A DNA stretch of 64,000 nt, from assembly GCA_038063875.1 (NCBI GenBank), contig JBBTUH010000002.1:12530-76529 (forward strand). Reading direction: 5' to 3'. Below are positions 39,376 to 49,891 of this stretch, piece by piece. Under the pieces are notes generated by a model. The model ran no database searches. It was not told where the DNA came from and saw nothing but the letters and a program-made list of their open reading frames with translations. Position 1 is the stretch's first letter, and each line of letters starts with the position of its first letter. This DNA comes from Patescibacteria group bacterium. GTDB taxonomy: Bacteria > Patescibacteriota > Microgenomatia > UBA10105 > UBA927. The translations under genes were made by a program, and so were the position numbers.

Positions 39376-40596
39376 TCAAAAATCAGCGAAGCGCGCAAGC
39401 GCTTTATCAAATTCATTTTCCCACGTATTTTCTTTTGCGAAATGAATGGAAGCCTCACGCATAGATTGATAAAGTTTCGGGGTAGTTAATATCTTTTGTA
39501 TCGCTTGTGCAAACGCTTCTTTCGTATCATCCACAAGAAGTCCTGCGCCTACCGCATGTATATCCTGCCCAAGCGGCGGCACATCCGTCGTAATCACCGG
39601 CAATCCCGCTGCTACATACGCTCGTATTTTTGTCGCATCACCATATTTTCGTGCGGATCCCTCTACGTTTTTATATGGCGCAAGAGCTACCTGAAACGTA
39701 CGAGCAAGGCTAGAAATTTTTTCTCTGTCTGCGATAAACCCATGAAATATGACGTTCTTACTAATTCCCAATGCTTTTGCTAATTCTTTTAATCTCTCTT
39801 CATTCGGCTCACTCCCACCAATAATATGCAAGATAACATTCGGTATTGTTTTAGCTACGATCGCTGTCGCTTGTACTGCGATATCCGGTCCATTTTCAAA
39901 TCCTAAGGTGCCCAAAAATACAAGAGTATTTTTTTTAATCTTCGTTATTGGCAATGCGTGTATTTGCTTAGGATACAACGCATTTGGCACATGAAGTACA
40001 GGCGCTGCTTTCAACGGATCTAAACCCGCTTTGATACGTGCGGGCATCATGGCTTTTGACACATCCCAAATGACATCAGCATGCATACAGGCCTGCCTAT
40101 CTAGCCAAAGATAAAGAGCATTAAACCAGTGAGAAACATATCGTCGTGGCGAATAATCCGACACATAATACACCACAGTTTTTACCCTTCCCAAACGACG
40201 AAGAAATACTCCCGCGAGCGCATTAATAGCTTCAAATCCGATAAAAAGATCAAACGGCTTCCTTGTTCTCAAACCTTCAACAATAACGGAAAGATAGTCT
40301 CTGATCTTAAACACTATTTGAGTCCCAGACGTATTTGAAAGCCACAATAAAGGAGAAAGAATTGTTAGGACAAATGCCGGCTCTTGAAATGAAACAAATT
40401 TTCCATCCTCATATACTTCTACGCGCGGATTTACAAAATCACTCCCCGGATATACCTGATCTATAAGTACCACTCGCTCAACTCTGGGTACGAAATAATC
40501 ACGCATCGGCTCCAAATTTCCATTGATAGGAAGCCTCACTCCATCTTTCCATGGTGAAAACGTAGCGATAAGGACATGAAAAGATTTATCTATCAT
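39376..40596 (-). CDS. glycosyltransferase family 4
   Basis: 406 aa. C-terminal VFLGTLGFENGPD...HIIGGSEPNEE...YVAAGLPVITTDV. Confidence 0.75.
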   Translation of the reverse strand: MIDKSFHVLIATFSPWKDGVRLPINGNLEPMRDYFVPRVERVVLIDQVYPGSDFVNPRVEVYEDGKFVSFQEPAFVLTILSPLLWLSNTSGTQIVFKIRDYLSVIVEGLRTRKPFDLFIGFEAINALAGVFLRRLGRVKTVVYYVSDYSPRRYVSHWFNALYLWLDRQACMHADVIWDVSKAMMPARIKAGLDPLKAAPVLHVPNALYPKQIHALPITKIKKNTLVFLGTLGFENGPDIAVQATAIVAKTIPNVILHIIGGSEPNEERLKELAKALGISKNVIFHGFIADREKISSLARTFQVALAPYKNVEGSARKYGDATKIRAYVAAGLPVITTDVPPLGQDIHAVGAGLLVDDTKEAFAQAIQKILTTPKLYQSMREASIHFAKENTWENEFDKALARFADF

Positions 40597-42595
40597 GCGC
40601 GCGAGATGTAAATAGGAATAGAAGTACTACGAATAATGTACTAATGGAAATCCACCTCCCCCATAGGTAATATCGACGTGGGGTAAATTCTATAATTACT
40701 TTGCCGTCCGCCATTTCTTGCAGCGCAAACGACATGATTCCAAAATTTTCTTTTTCCGGTGCTATTTTCTTTCCGTTTACAATCGCCTGCCACCCGTGAT
40801 GAAACGACTCCGACATCACAAGTTTTGTGGGTTGCTCTGTAATAACCTCTACCTCGTAATAATCATCAGTTATATTACGCCAGTTTAAAACTGTTCCATT
40901 TTCTATCCAAAAATAATCTTTTGATGGTGGTATTTCATACACTGCGACATCACCCGATTGAATTTTCGTAAGCCATGACACAGTATCAAGAACTTTCTCT
41001 ACATCATCTCTTTTTGTTTGACTATATTTTCTGTCATCGGTAAATATTTCTCCATACGGATCAAAGGGAACGATGATATACCGAATGCTCAAAGCATCCA
41101 ATTGATCTCTAACGGTCGCAATTTGCATCGCGCGTTCTAAAGAAGCGGCGTCAGTGGCGCCCAAAAGTGGTCCTGCTTCTATGGATAACTGATTTTGGGA
41201 AGTGAAGGTAAATCTGCTTTGTCGAGGAACCCACAATGTACGAAAAAATCCTTGTTCTTGAGACAACAATTGTTTTAATGCAATATACTGCTTGGGAACT
41301 TCTCGATAGGTAAATGTACCACCCAAGGCACCTACCATAGAAGGACGAATTAAAATCATCCAATACAATAAAAATACGACCGGAATAAGCCACACTAATG
41401 TAGCATAATATTTTTTTGTGACTTGAGTAATAAAATAAAGAGTAAACGGAATAAGCACGGCATACGAGGTCATAATCAGCACATAAAATTTCGTGGGGTC
41501 GCGAAACATCACAAAAAACGGGATATGCTCAAACAGCCACACGTACACCAAACCAAATGGCTCATTGGCACCTTTGGACAAAAATGCCCCGACTAAACCA
41601 AGTGTCGCAAATCCAAAAACAAATGCATTTTCTTTAATTTTTTTTGTAAAAAGTAAACTAGAAAACGCAAGGATCGGAAGAACGAGAAATTCAGGCTGCA
41701 AAAAATACGTTTTTCCAAACAAATTCTCTGGCCAATTAGGATGGAGAAGCGAAAGTGCGTGAGAAAAATCAGCAAAACTAAAAAATCGGAGTGCGGAAAT
41801 CGTCGTGTACGCACTTCCTAGTGTATCAAGAGTATTCTCTTTAAGAATCAACAGTGGCAACACCCAATAAAGATTTAAAAATATGCTTACTGCACCCGCC
41901 ACAATGCCAAATCGCAACCGTTTCCAAAATAATACAAGTCCATGCTCCTCAAAGAGACAAAGTATCCCCATGCTGATAGCTGAAAGGTATGCAATCCGAG
42001 GATCGAGAGAAATTTGCATTCCAAATACTGCCCCTAATATAAGAGTTGTTGTCCACGGATCTTTTGTACCACGAATAAATCGAAAAAATGCAATAAGCAC
42101 CCATGGAAATATCGACGCAGCATAAAACACCCCCATTTGCCCGCCACCTGTTACCATAAGCACGTAGGTATTCGTCGTCAAAATAAGTGATGCTATTGCA
42201 CGCATCCAGAGGTATGATCTTGGCACTATTGTCGCCATAAGCTGCCAGCCGCCGGTCGCTATAAAAATGAGGGGACACAAAAACCAAAATAGTTTATACA
42301 CGATTACCCATGGCAATCCACTTGCTACAGAAAGCCATGAAGAAATAAAATTATAGGTACTCAAAAAATACGACGGTGACAATCCCCCTAAACCTCCACC
42401 ATACCCACCTTGCCATGCACTAGACAACTGCGCCATCTCGTTTACCATTTCAGGAAATCGATACGACCAATCACCTCCAATAATTTCACCACCTGTAAAC
42501 CACGGTCTATATATAAAAATAAGAAATAACAAAACTAAAAATCCAACAAACACAGCTTTTCTATTCATACGACCCCATTTTTTATATATCTCCAC
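40586..42595 (-). CDS. polytopic membrane protein, GT-C-like (distant paralog of the two downstream giants; AftD/DUF3367- or YfhO-like architecture)
   Basis: 669 aa. About 12 N-terminal TM helices, an extracytoplasmic domain and a final C-terminal TM anchor. The N-terminal WFTGGEIIGGDWSYRFPE parallels the WLK.G.MDLGGDS.RLYFYDP motif of the paralogs. Confidence 0.5.
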   Translation of the reverse strand: MEIYKKWGRMNRKAVFVGFLVLLFLIFIYRPWFTGGEIIGGDWSYRFPEMVNEMAQLSSAWQGGYGGGLGGLSPSYFLSTYNFISSWLSVASGLPWVIVYKLFWFLCPLIFIATGGWQLMATIVPRSYLWMRAIASLILTTNTYVLMVTGGGQMGVFYAASIFPWVLIAFFRFIRGTKDPWTTTLILGAVFGMQISLDPRIAYLSAISMGILCLFEEHGLVLFWKRLRFGIVAGAVSIFLNLYWVLPLLILKENTLDTLGSAYTTISALRFFSFADFSHALSLLHPNWPENLFGKTYFLQPEFLVLPILAFSSLLFTKKIKENAFVFGFATLGLVGAFLSKGANEPFGLVYVWLFEHIPFFVMFRDPTKFYVLIMTSYAVLIPFTLYFITQVTKKYYATLVWLIPVVFLLYWMILIRPSMVGALGGTFTYREVPKQYIALKQLLSQEQGFFRTLWVPRQSRFTFTSQNQLSIEAGPLLGATDAASLERAMQIATVRDQLDALSIRYIIVPFDPYGEIFTDDRKYSQTKRDDVEKVLDTVSWLTKIQSGDVAVYEIPPSKDYFWIENGTVLNWRNITDDYYEVEVITEQPTKLVMSESFHHGWQAIVNGKKIAPEKENFGIMSFALQEMADGKVIIEFTPRRYYLWGRWISISTLFVVLLFLFTSRAHDR

Positions 42596-45500
42596 ATTCC
42601 ATACGATAGTAAACCGATTAATGCCATGGCACTTATGCTTGCACCAATATAAAAATATGATTGCATACTCATATACACTTCCAAATCATATTCACTCTGG
42701 CCATCGGCATCTTCAGGCTTTATATACCACGCGTTGGCATATCCATTCGCTTGAAAGTGACGCGTGTTCGCGATACCTTTACCAGAAGCGGCAAGAGAGA
42801 CGCGCCACCTGCGATTGTACGCTTCGCTTAAGCTTAATACGTATGGCCCATGCGCTCCAGTAACATGAACTTTATACATCGTCGGATTGACTTGAACAAA
42901 CGATATGGTAGGTGGCAAACCATCCTGATTCTGAATCTTCTTTGTAACCATCATGAGAGGATGCGGTACATGAACAAGCGATACGTTTTTAAGCTCAATT
43001 CGTGAAAGTGATAATTGATCAGTGGACGGAGATATCTGTACAAACCCAGTATTGACGTGCGTATTGGTCCGGACCACAGCTTGATACTGTTGCCATGTAG
43101 GGGATTTGAGCATATCTTCAACGATCGTACTTGTTCCGTCAGCCTTTTCAGGCTTTATCTGACTTTCTAGCATCCGGACGACAAACGGTTCCCCACTTGT
43201 CTTATAAGAAAATGTCAAAAGATAATAGCTTTGCGGCTGCCAATCATCAATTTTCCACACCAATCCTTTTGCACCCTTAATATACCGTGCGTCTATCGCA
43301 AAACTTGCTGAATCTGTAGCGGAAAGTTCTGATTCTAGCATCATTCTCGAATTATTCGTTAGCATATTTTGTTGTTCCATCAAAGAAAGACTCCCTTGAT
43401 CCAAGGGATTACTTTCTCCATGACTTACTGTTCCCAATTTTACCCATCGCTCTTTCAAATTCACAGGAACTTGGAAACGTGCATCGTTGATAGTCACAGA
43501 AAGTCGATCATGTACGTTATATGTACTCGTATCCACATACAGGTCGTATGGTCCCGCGTCTTTTTTGGGTAAAGACGCGCTATACGGCACTGTCAAATCG
43601 GAAAGATCCGCACGCGTCCTCTCGAGAAGATTTCCAAACATCATATCTGTTATTCCCTCAAGATAATCTCGATGTGAAACTATTGGGTCTCTATTTTTAA
43701 TCAACAGTGTTACACGCCGATAGTGCTGACGCAAGTATTCAGTCAAAAGAAATCTTTGCTCCGTCTTCCATAATAGCGACTGATCTGTGGTATCAATCAT
43801 TTTGATACTATCATCAAAATATCTATAGTAGCGTGCAAGCGTCGCCTCCCAACTGTTCATAGACATTCTCGATTCTTTATAGACAGTGTTAAAATCCTCA
43901 AGAGTGCGTAGCGTTCCCAATACCGGCATACTCTCACCAAAGCGTTCCAACTCAAGAATTCGCTTGGCAGATAAAAATGATTGTTGATCGATACGCGAAA
44001 AATAATTGGCTCTACCAAACTTCCATAATTTTACTTTTTCCTTCACCACTACCAACGGATATAAAAATGACGATGGCGACTGAGTCACAAACGCATGATG
44101 CATGATTCTCGGCGGATACGGATTTTTTACCATGGCAAGAAGATGGCTTTGCGATTCTGCAGGATAAAAACGAGCGTCAGCAAGCTCGACATCCTCCTCC
44201 TCAAAAAATACAGACGTATCAATAGTATTTGGCAAAACAGTCAATGGCACAGATGCATCGTTTAGTACGCGTGATAGAGAAAGTACATTGCTGGGAACAT
44301 ATACCCGAGGCACAACATCTTTATCATCAAGCGCATACACAAAAAATCGATTATCAAACGACTCTAAGAGTCGCAACGAAAGCGAATCGACAAACTGCTT
44401 ATATTCCTTCTGACGCTTGGGTAAATATTTTCTCACGTCATCGTAGGGAAACGCAGGAAAGGCATCGTACACCTGTGGATCGCTATTATAAAATATATAC
44501 TTGATATTTAAGATGCCCAGTATGCGCTTTACCATTGTAGTATCGTTATTGGCAGTTGCATCCAATAGAATTTCTCGATATCTTCCAAACTCCGCAGTAC
44601 CCGCAAAATCCTGCTTTCCCGCCAAATATGAAATCATCGATGGTCCTTGGTATGCCCCCTCACTTTTTCCAGCCACAATCTGATACCCTGGGTCCGTCAA
44701 CGGGAGCGTTACAAACTTTCCATCATTGGGCAATTGCCTGATGTATTCAAGTGCTTTTACAAATACTGGATCCATGTTCATCGCTATGCGACTATTAGTG
44801 GATTGCCATAAAATCGGGTTTGTTAAGGATCCATTGATAAACGGCCACGCATTGACAAAGAGTAAGAAAATAAATACTCCTAACCAAATCTTCACCTTTG
44901 GATACGCATTTATAATGACAAAAAGTGTCATACCAAAGACAAGAGCGTAATAAAACAAATACGCAGAAGCCCACTGCCCATAAAAATTTCTAAATATTGA
45001 AAATCCGGGAAGTATAAAAAGTTTTTTATACAGCGACAATCCCGCCTCACCTATATTTGCCGTAGCAAAAAAAAATATAGTCAAAAATCCTACACAAAAT
45101 ATTAGAAGCGTTTTTCTATATTTTTGTGGCTCTCCTGCTCCTCGTAACAAGCCAACTATCAGCGTAAACGGCACAAAAATCATAAAGAATAAAAATGTGG
45201 AAAGTTCTCTTGTCTGTGGTAGCATCAACACATTAATTGACGCCTTTATACTTGGTGCTATGGCCGAAAAGTACCCAAGTCCCCGATCATACTTCCCAGC
45301 GGCAGAAAACACAGACGTATACAAAACGCTCCCAGGAGTCACCATACTCGCAATTTGTGGCACTATATGAAATGCCTGAAGAAGTATAAATATAATACAT
45401 GCTACGCCAATCTGTTTCCAACGGATATTCTGACCCAATACCCATTGTTTATACATCAAAAGCAAGACAAGAGTTATCGGATAAAATGCAAAAAAAACCG

Positions 45501-46080
45501 GAGCCGCCGCAAAACTAAAATTGGCAGAAAATACAAAAGTCAGCAAGAGCGCACAGAAAAGATAATACAGTCGATCAGATACCATAAATCGCAATAACAA
45601 ATAAAACATAATAGGGTTAAGGAACACATGATTGTGCGTCATCAGCACCTTGTCCCAACCAAAAATAGAAACAGGGGAGAAAACATACAATAACCCTCCT
45701 GCCACCGCAGCAAACTCTTTTAATCTTTCACCTTTTGTAGCAGTATAGAGAAGTTGTACGATCGATAAATACACAAACAAAAAACTCATAGACACACTCA
45801 AACCATGAAATGCGCTTATTAATACCGTCGATGACACAAATATTCGCTTTGCTACCGCCAAAAAAGCCACAAATGGTATGGTCATAAAACCGATATTCTC
45901 CGAGCCTACACCAGAGGGAGAGACGGCAAATAAAGAATAATTGAGAAGATACCGAAGAGGATCATAAAAGTACAATCGGCTGGAATCACCCCCCAGATCC
46001 ATAAATCCAGGTTTGAGCCAAAAAAAAGGAAAGATAAAGAGAATAAGCGTAATTACAAAAGGAAGAAGCTTACTCCTCAT
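42565..46080 (-). CDS. giant GT-C-like membrane glycosyltransferase (AftD/DUF3367-like) with ~650-aa extracytoplasmic domain and C-terminal TM anchor
   Basis: About 1171 aa from the internal Met (MRSKLLPF) that aligns with the paralog start. The ORF track gives 46137. PGFMDLGGDSSRLYFYDPLRYL resembles the AftD N-terminal signature (PG....DTKLDL..NPLRFL). Confidence 0.5.
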   Translation of the reverse strand: MRSKLLPFVITLILFIFPFFWLKPGFMDLGGDSSRLYFYDPLRYLLNYSLFAVSPSGVGSENIGFMTIPFVAFLAVAKRIFVSSTVLISAFHGLSVSMSFLFVYLSIVQLLYTATKGERLKEFAAVAGGLLYVFSPVSIFGWDKVLMTHNHVFLNPIMFYLLLRFMVSDRLYYLFCALLLTFVFSANFSFAAAPVFFAFYPITLVLLLMYKQWVLGQNIRWKQIGVACIIFILLQAFHIVPQIASMVTPGSVLYTSVFSAAGKYDRGLGYFSAIAPSIKASINVLMLPQTRELSTFLFFMIFVPFTLIVGLLRGAGEPQKYRKTLLIFCVGFLTIFFFATANIGEAGLSLYKKLFILPGFSIFRNFYGQWASAYLFYYALVFGMTLFVIINAYPKVKIWLGVFIFLLFVNAWPFINGSLTNPILWQSTNSRIAMNMDPVFVKALEYIRQLPNDGKFVTLPLTDPGYQIVAGKSEGAYQGPSMISYLAGKQDFAGTAEFGRYREILLDATANNDTTMVKRILGILNIKYIFYNSDPQVYDAFPAFPYDDVRKYLPKRQKEYKQFVDSLSLRLLESFDNRFFVYALDDKDVVPRVYVPSNVLSLSRVLNDASVPLTVLPNTIDTSVFFEEEDVELADARFYPAESQSHLLAMVKNPYPPRIMHHAFVTQSPSSFLYPLVVVKEKVKLWKFGRANYFSRIDQQSFLSAKRILELERFGESMPVLGTLRTLEDFNTVYKESRMSMNSWEATLARYYRYFDDSIKMIDTTDQSLLWKTEQRFLLTEYLRQHYRRVTLLIKNRDPIVSHRDYLEGITDMMFGNLLERTRADLSDLTVPYSASLPKKDAGPYDLYVDTSTYNVHDRLSVTINDARFQVPVNLKERWVKLGTVSHGESNPLDQGSLSLMEQQNMLTNNSRMMLESELSATDSASFAIDARYIKGAKGLVWKIDDWQPQSYYLLTFSYKTSGEPFVVRMLESQIKPEKADGTSTIVEDMLKSPTWQQYQAVVRTNTHVNTGFVQISPSTDQLSLSRIELKNVSLVHVPHPLMMVTKKIQNQDGLPPTISFVQVNPTMYKVHVTGAHGPYVLSLSEAYNRRWRVSLAASGKGIANTRHFQANGYANAWYIKPEDADGQSEYDLEVYMSMQSYFYIGASISAMALIGLLSYGMWRYIKNGVV

Positions 46081-46424
46081 GCGGTTATCTCCCGCCACTG
46101 CGCAATAAGCCCAAGAGCCATAAACAATACTAGCCACACAGCAAATCGCTCAGTAGATATTGAGGCACTGCTTACAAGATACGATATCGCCATGACGACC
46201 AACAAAACAAAACATACTTGAAACACTCGTACACTCGTAAGCTTTCCTGTACGCGCAAAGAACCAATAAAGAAAAAGCCCGCCAAACAATCGCACATCTT
46301 TTGAAATTGGAAACACGAAGACTTCCGCTACAATAAGTATGGAGACGAATGCTAAAAACGTCAGTTGATTTTCATGAATCCATTCGCCAAACACCACAAG
46401 CATGTTTTGTGTTTTCTTAAACAT
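46077..46424 (-). CDS. small 3-4 TM membrane protein, unknown function
   Basis: 115 aa, hydrophobic. Wedged between two giant paralogs and abutting the corrected start of the downstream gene. Confidence 0.35.
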   Translation of the reverse strand: MFKKTQNMLVVFGEWIHENQLTFLAFVSILIVAEVFVFPISKDVRLFGGLFLYWFFARTGKLTSVRVFQVCFVLLVVMAISYLVSSASISTERFAVWLVLFMALGLIAQWREITA

Positions 46425-48558
46425 ATGTTTTTTGACGAATTGACATTAAAGCTAATACGATCAAAGATATCAAGGTAACACCCCACCCAATCCAAATATA
46501 TTTTTGGCTCTTGAGCCTTAAGGTCATAGTATAACTCTTTTTTCCTTCAAGATCATCTGTGGTGAATCGCCACGCATTCGCATAGCCATTTAGTTTGACA
46601 TGCCGATCCTCCGGCACGAGCGTGTTATCAACAAACAATTGCCAATTACGATTGTATGTATTATTCCACACTACTATATTTGGATGCGTATCCTTGGTCG
46701 TAAGCGACATATGATAGAAAACGGGACTTATCCGTGTCGCCATAAATTGCGCTTGACTATCTGGTGCACCCTCAAGCACATCGGTCACATACAATTCTGA
46801 TCTCCATACCGATCTGTCCAATTCATATATTACATACGAACCGTTTGTATAAATGCGTTTCGTCGGAAGCTTGTCTACAAACTCTTCATACCCCTTCTGC
46901 GTTTGTGGAAAAGATGTTTTCATGTATGTATATGGCGACTGTGGGAAACCTGCCTCATAAATAGCAGGATCACTGTTGTGGAAAATATATCGTATAGATA
47001 ATCGAGACAGCAAGCTTGTAATCGCCTCGTAATCTTTTTCCCGTGCATATTTCATCATATCCTCCGGAAATGGACCAAAAATCTGGTAGCCATTAAAATC
47101 TTTTTTACCGGTAAGCTGCGAAATCGTAGAAGTGCCTACATACGCACCGCCATTTTTACCGGCCAATACTTGACTATACGCATCCGTCAAGGGCAGCGTC
47201 AAAATTTTGCCATCATCCGGAAGCGATCGGATAAACGCTAATGTTTCTTCATATTTAGGATCCATGGCAAACGTCATACGTACATTATCTGACTGCGTAT
47301 GAATTTTATTCACCGTCTCCCCCTTTAGAAAAGGCAACGCACTGACTACCCAAAGCACTATGATTACTCCACCCAAATACGACATCCACCTGCGATATGA
47401 CAAATGCTTAATAATTACGTGTATCGCTAACCCTAAAAGTAGGGCATAAAAGAACGCATACACAGACGGCCACTGACCGATAAAATTACGAAACATCGAA
47501 AAACCAGGAATGTAATACAAATTTTTATAAAATTCTACGCCGACGTTGGTAATCTTGGCCGCGTAAAGATACAGAGTAACTAAATAAAATCCAGCAGTAA
47601 GAATCAAAACCTTACTTTTTGTATTCAAAACAAATCCTATCATGATAATGGTCGGCGCTATAAAACTCACCCAAGTAAGCTGTGTGACCATAGGTGTCAT
47701 AAAAATATCTTTTACGACACTTGCAAGCGGTAAAATGGCAGTAAAATACCGCACACCTTCATGCATAATACTTGTGCGATCAAACACTCGAGTATTGGTA
47801 AAGCTTCCGGGTTCAAAAAGATTAATAACCTGCGGCAGGAGATGAAATGCTTGAATACCCAAAAACAACAATCCTCCATAGAACATCCATCTCCATGGAA
47901 TTACTTTCCGGACGACAAACTTGGTGTAGAGCAGTAGAAACACTATTGACAAAGGATAAAACGCAAAAAACGGCGGAGCACTCGTAAGGGCGAAATTAGG
48001 CGCGAAGACAAAGCTAATCCATAGTGCGGCCCAAAGATATTTGACGTTGGTGTCTGTAAAAAACTTGAGGATCAAATAAAACATCAGAGGATTTAAAAAT
48101 ACTTGATTATGAGAGGTGAGCGCCTTGTCATAATTACCAAGCATAATCGGAGCTAAGATATAAAACATACCCGCCATAAGCGGGGCAAGTATACTTTTTT
48201 TTCTGATGACTTCCCTTACTATCCCATACATCGCCAAGAATCCAACGCTCAACTTAAGACCCGAAATAATATTGATTACAATCGTCGGAGACTGGAAAAC
48301 AAACCTCAGCACGGCAATCAGAGCTACATAGGGAAGATAGTACGTATTAGGCTCTGCAAGCCCAAGTCCTTCCGGCACAAAATGATAGAGGCTCACATTT
48401 TTGATAAAGGATATGGGGTCATAAAAATATAATCTCCCGCTATCACCTCCTAAGTCCATCTCGCCAGATTTCAACCAAAAAAATGGTATGGAAAATAAAC
48501 AGGCTGCAAATATCCAGTGAATATTTCGACCTATCCATTTGTATATGATCGTATTCAT
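46417..48558 (-). CDS. GT-C-like membrane glycosyltransferase (AftD/DUF3367-like), paralog of 42565-46080
   Basis: 713 aa. The N-terminal FWLKSGEMDLGGDSGRLYFYDPISFI is nearly identical to the paralog motif. Same TM-domain/extracytoplasmic-domain/C-terminal-TM architecture. Confidence 0.5.
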   Translation of the reverse strand: MNTIIYKWIGRNIHWIFAACLFSIPFFWLKSGEMDLGGDSGRLYFYDPISFIKNVSLYHFVPEGLGLAEPNTYYLPYVALIAVLRFVFQSPTIVINIISGLKLSVGFLAMYGIVREVIRKKSILAPLMAGMFYILAPIMLGNYDKALTSHNQVFLNPLMFYLILKFFTDTNVKYLWAALWISFVFAPNFALTSAPPFFAFYPLSIVFLLLYTKFVVRKVIPWRWMFYGGLLFLGIQAFHLLPQVINLFEPGSFTNTRVFDRTSIMHEGVRYFTAILPLASVVKDIFMTPMVTQLTWVSFIAPTIIMIGFVLNTKSKVLILTAGFYLVTLYLYAAKITNVGVEFYKNLYYIPGFSMFRNFIGQWPSVYAFFYALLLGLAIHVIIKHLSYRRWMSYLGGVIIVLWVVSALPFLKGETVNKIHTQSDNVRMTFAMDPKYEETLAFIRSLPDDGKILTLPLTDAYSQVLAGKNGGAYVGTSTISQLTGKKDFNGYQIFGPFPEDMMKYAREKDYEAITSLLSRLSIRYIFHNSDPAIYEAGFPQSPYTYMKTSFPQTQKGYEEFVDKLPTKRIYTNGSYVIYELDRSVWRSELYVTDVLEGAPDSQAQFMATRISPVFYHMSLTTKDTHPNIVVWNNTYNRNWQLFVDNTLVPEDRHVKLNGYANAWRFTTDDLEGKKSYTMTLRLKSQKYIWIGWGVTLISLIVLALMSIRQKTYV

Positions 48559-49862
48559 GAGATTTTATATTTGGCAAGAAATACATCAAAAACAGAGAGT
48601 ACATACTGTATCATTTCATTCGTAATACCGGGATACACGCCAATCCAAAATCCATCATTCATAATTTTATCAGAATTGGATAGCGTACCTACGACTCGCA
48701 TATCTTTTCTCCCTCGGTATGCCGGATGTTTTAATAAATTTCCAGCAAAAAGATTTCTCGTCCCTATCTTATGATCCTCGAGCCACTCTACAAGCTCCAA
48801 TCTGGTAAATGGTGCACCATCAGCAATGACTATAGGAAACCCAAACCAACAAGGATCAGCTCCGTTTTCTACATCCATAAACAAGAAATATTTTTCGTAT
48901 TTGGATAATCCTTCTAGCAAAGCTTGATAATTAGCCTTTCTTGCTTTAATAAACTTCGGTAATTTATCTAACTGAGCTAGTCCTATAGCCGCCTGCATAT
49001 CAGTAAGCTTCACATTATATCCAATTTGCGAATAAATATATTTATGATCATAGCCATAGGGCAAGTCGCCGAGCTGCCAACGAAAACGTTTGCCGCAGGT
49101 ATTATCTTTTCCCGTATCACACCAACAGTCCCTTCCCCAATCTCGAAACTGTCGGATCGCTTTATGAATAAACGGATTACTTGTCACTACTGCCCCACCT
49201 TCACCCATGGTAATCTGGTGAGCAGGATAAAATGAAAAGGTTGCAACATGACCGAAAGTAGAAACTAATTTGCCATTGTATGTAGAGCCTAATGCGTCAC
49301 AACAATCCTCTATAAACCAAAGCTTGTGTTTGGTTACCAGCTTCATAATCCCGTCAAGTGGCATGGGATTGCCTAGGGTATGAGCCATCATGATGGCTTT
49401 TGTTTTAGGAGTTATCGCTTTTTGTATCGCCTGCACCGTCGCATTCTTTGTCCCCAAATCATTATCGATAAATACAGGGATGAATCCATTTTGAATAATA
49501 GGATTTACTGTAGTAGGAAACCCTGTGGCGACAGTAATGACCTCGTCACCTGCCTTCAGCGCACGCTCGCCAAAAACACTACTGGTAAGCGCCGAAAGTG
49601 CGATAAGATTGGCAGACGATCCAGAATTGACTAAGCTTACATATTTCACACCCAAATAATCACGAAATCGTCTTTCAAATTCTTCACTAAATCGTCCCTC
49701 CGTCCACCAGCCATCAAGCACTGCTTCGACCCCCTTATACATTTCCTCCGCATCAAAAACCTTGCCAGACACAGGCACAGGTGTTACGTTTGGAATAAAT
49801 TTCGATTTGTTATATTTAGCCTTATAATGTGCGCGAATGTGTGAAGCTAGTGCGTTTTTCAT
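48555..49862 (-). CDS. rfbH: CDP-6-deoxy-D-xylo-4-hexulose 3-dehydrase (E1; PMP- and [2Fe-2S]-dependent; RfbH/DdhC)
   Basis: Near-collinear match to remembered RfbH: GERALKAGDEVITVATGFPTTVNP, DCCDALG, FSFYPAHQITMGEGG (His in place of the aminotransferase Lys) and WGRDCWCDTGKDNTCGKRF (Fe-S Cys ligands). Confidence 0.9.
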   Translation of the reverse strand: MKNALASHIRAHYKAKYNKSKFIPNVTPVPVSGKVFDAEEMYKGVEAVLDGWWTEGRFSEEFERRFRDYLGVKYVSLVNSGSSANLIALSALTSSVFGERALKAGDEVITVATGFPTTVNPIIQNGFIPVFIDNDLGTKNATVQAIQKAITPKTKAIMMAHTLGNPMPLDGIMKLVTKHKLWFIEDCCDALGSTYNGKLVSTFGHVATFSFYPAHQITMGEGGAVVTSNPFIHKAIRQFRDWGRDCWCDTGKDNTCGKRFRWQLGDLPYGYDHKYIYSQIGYNVKLTDMQAAIGLAQLDKLPKFIKARKANYQALLEGLSKYEKYFLFMDVENGADPCWFGFPIVIADGAPFTRLELVEWLEDHKIGTRNLFAGNLLKHPAYRGRKDMRVVGTLSNSDKIMNDGFWIGVYPGITNEMIQYVLSVFDVFLAKYKIS

Positions 49863-49891
49863 ATACGGATCCTATTGTATCGAGGTATAGC

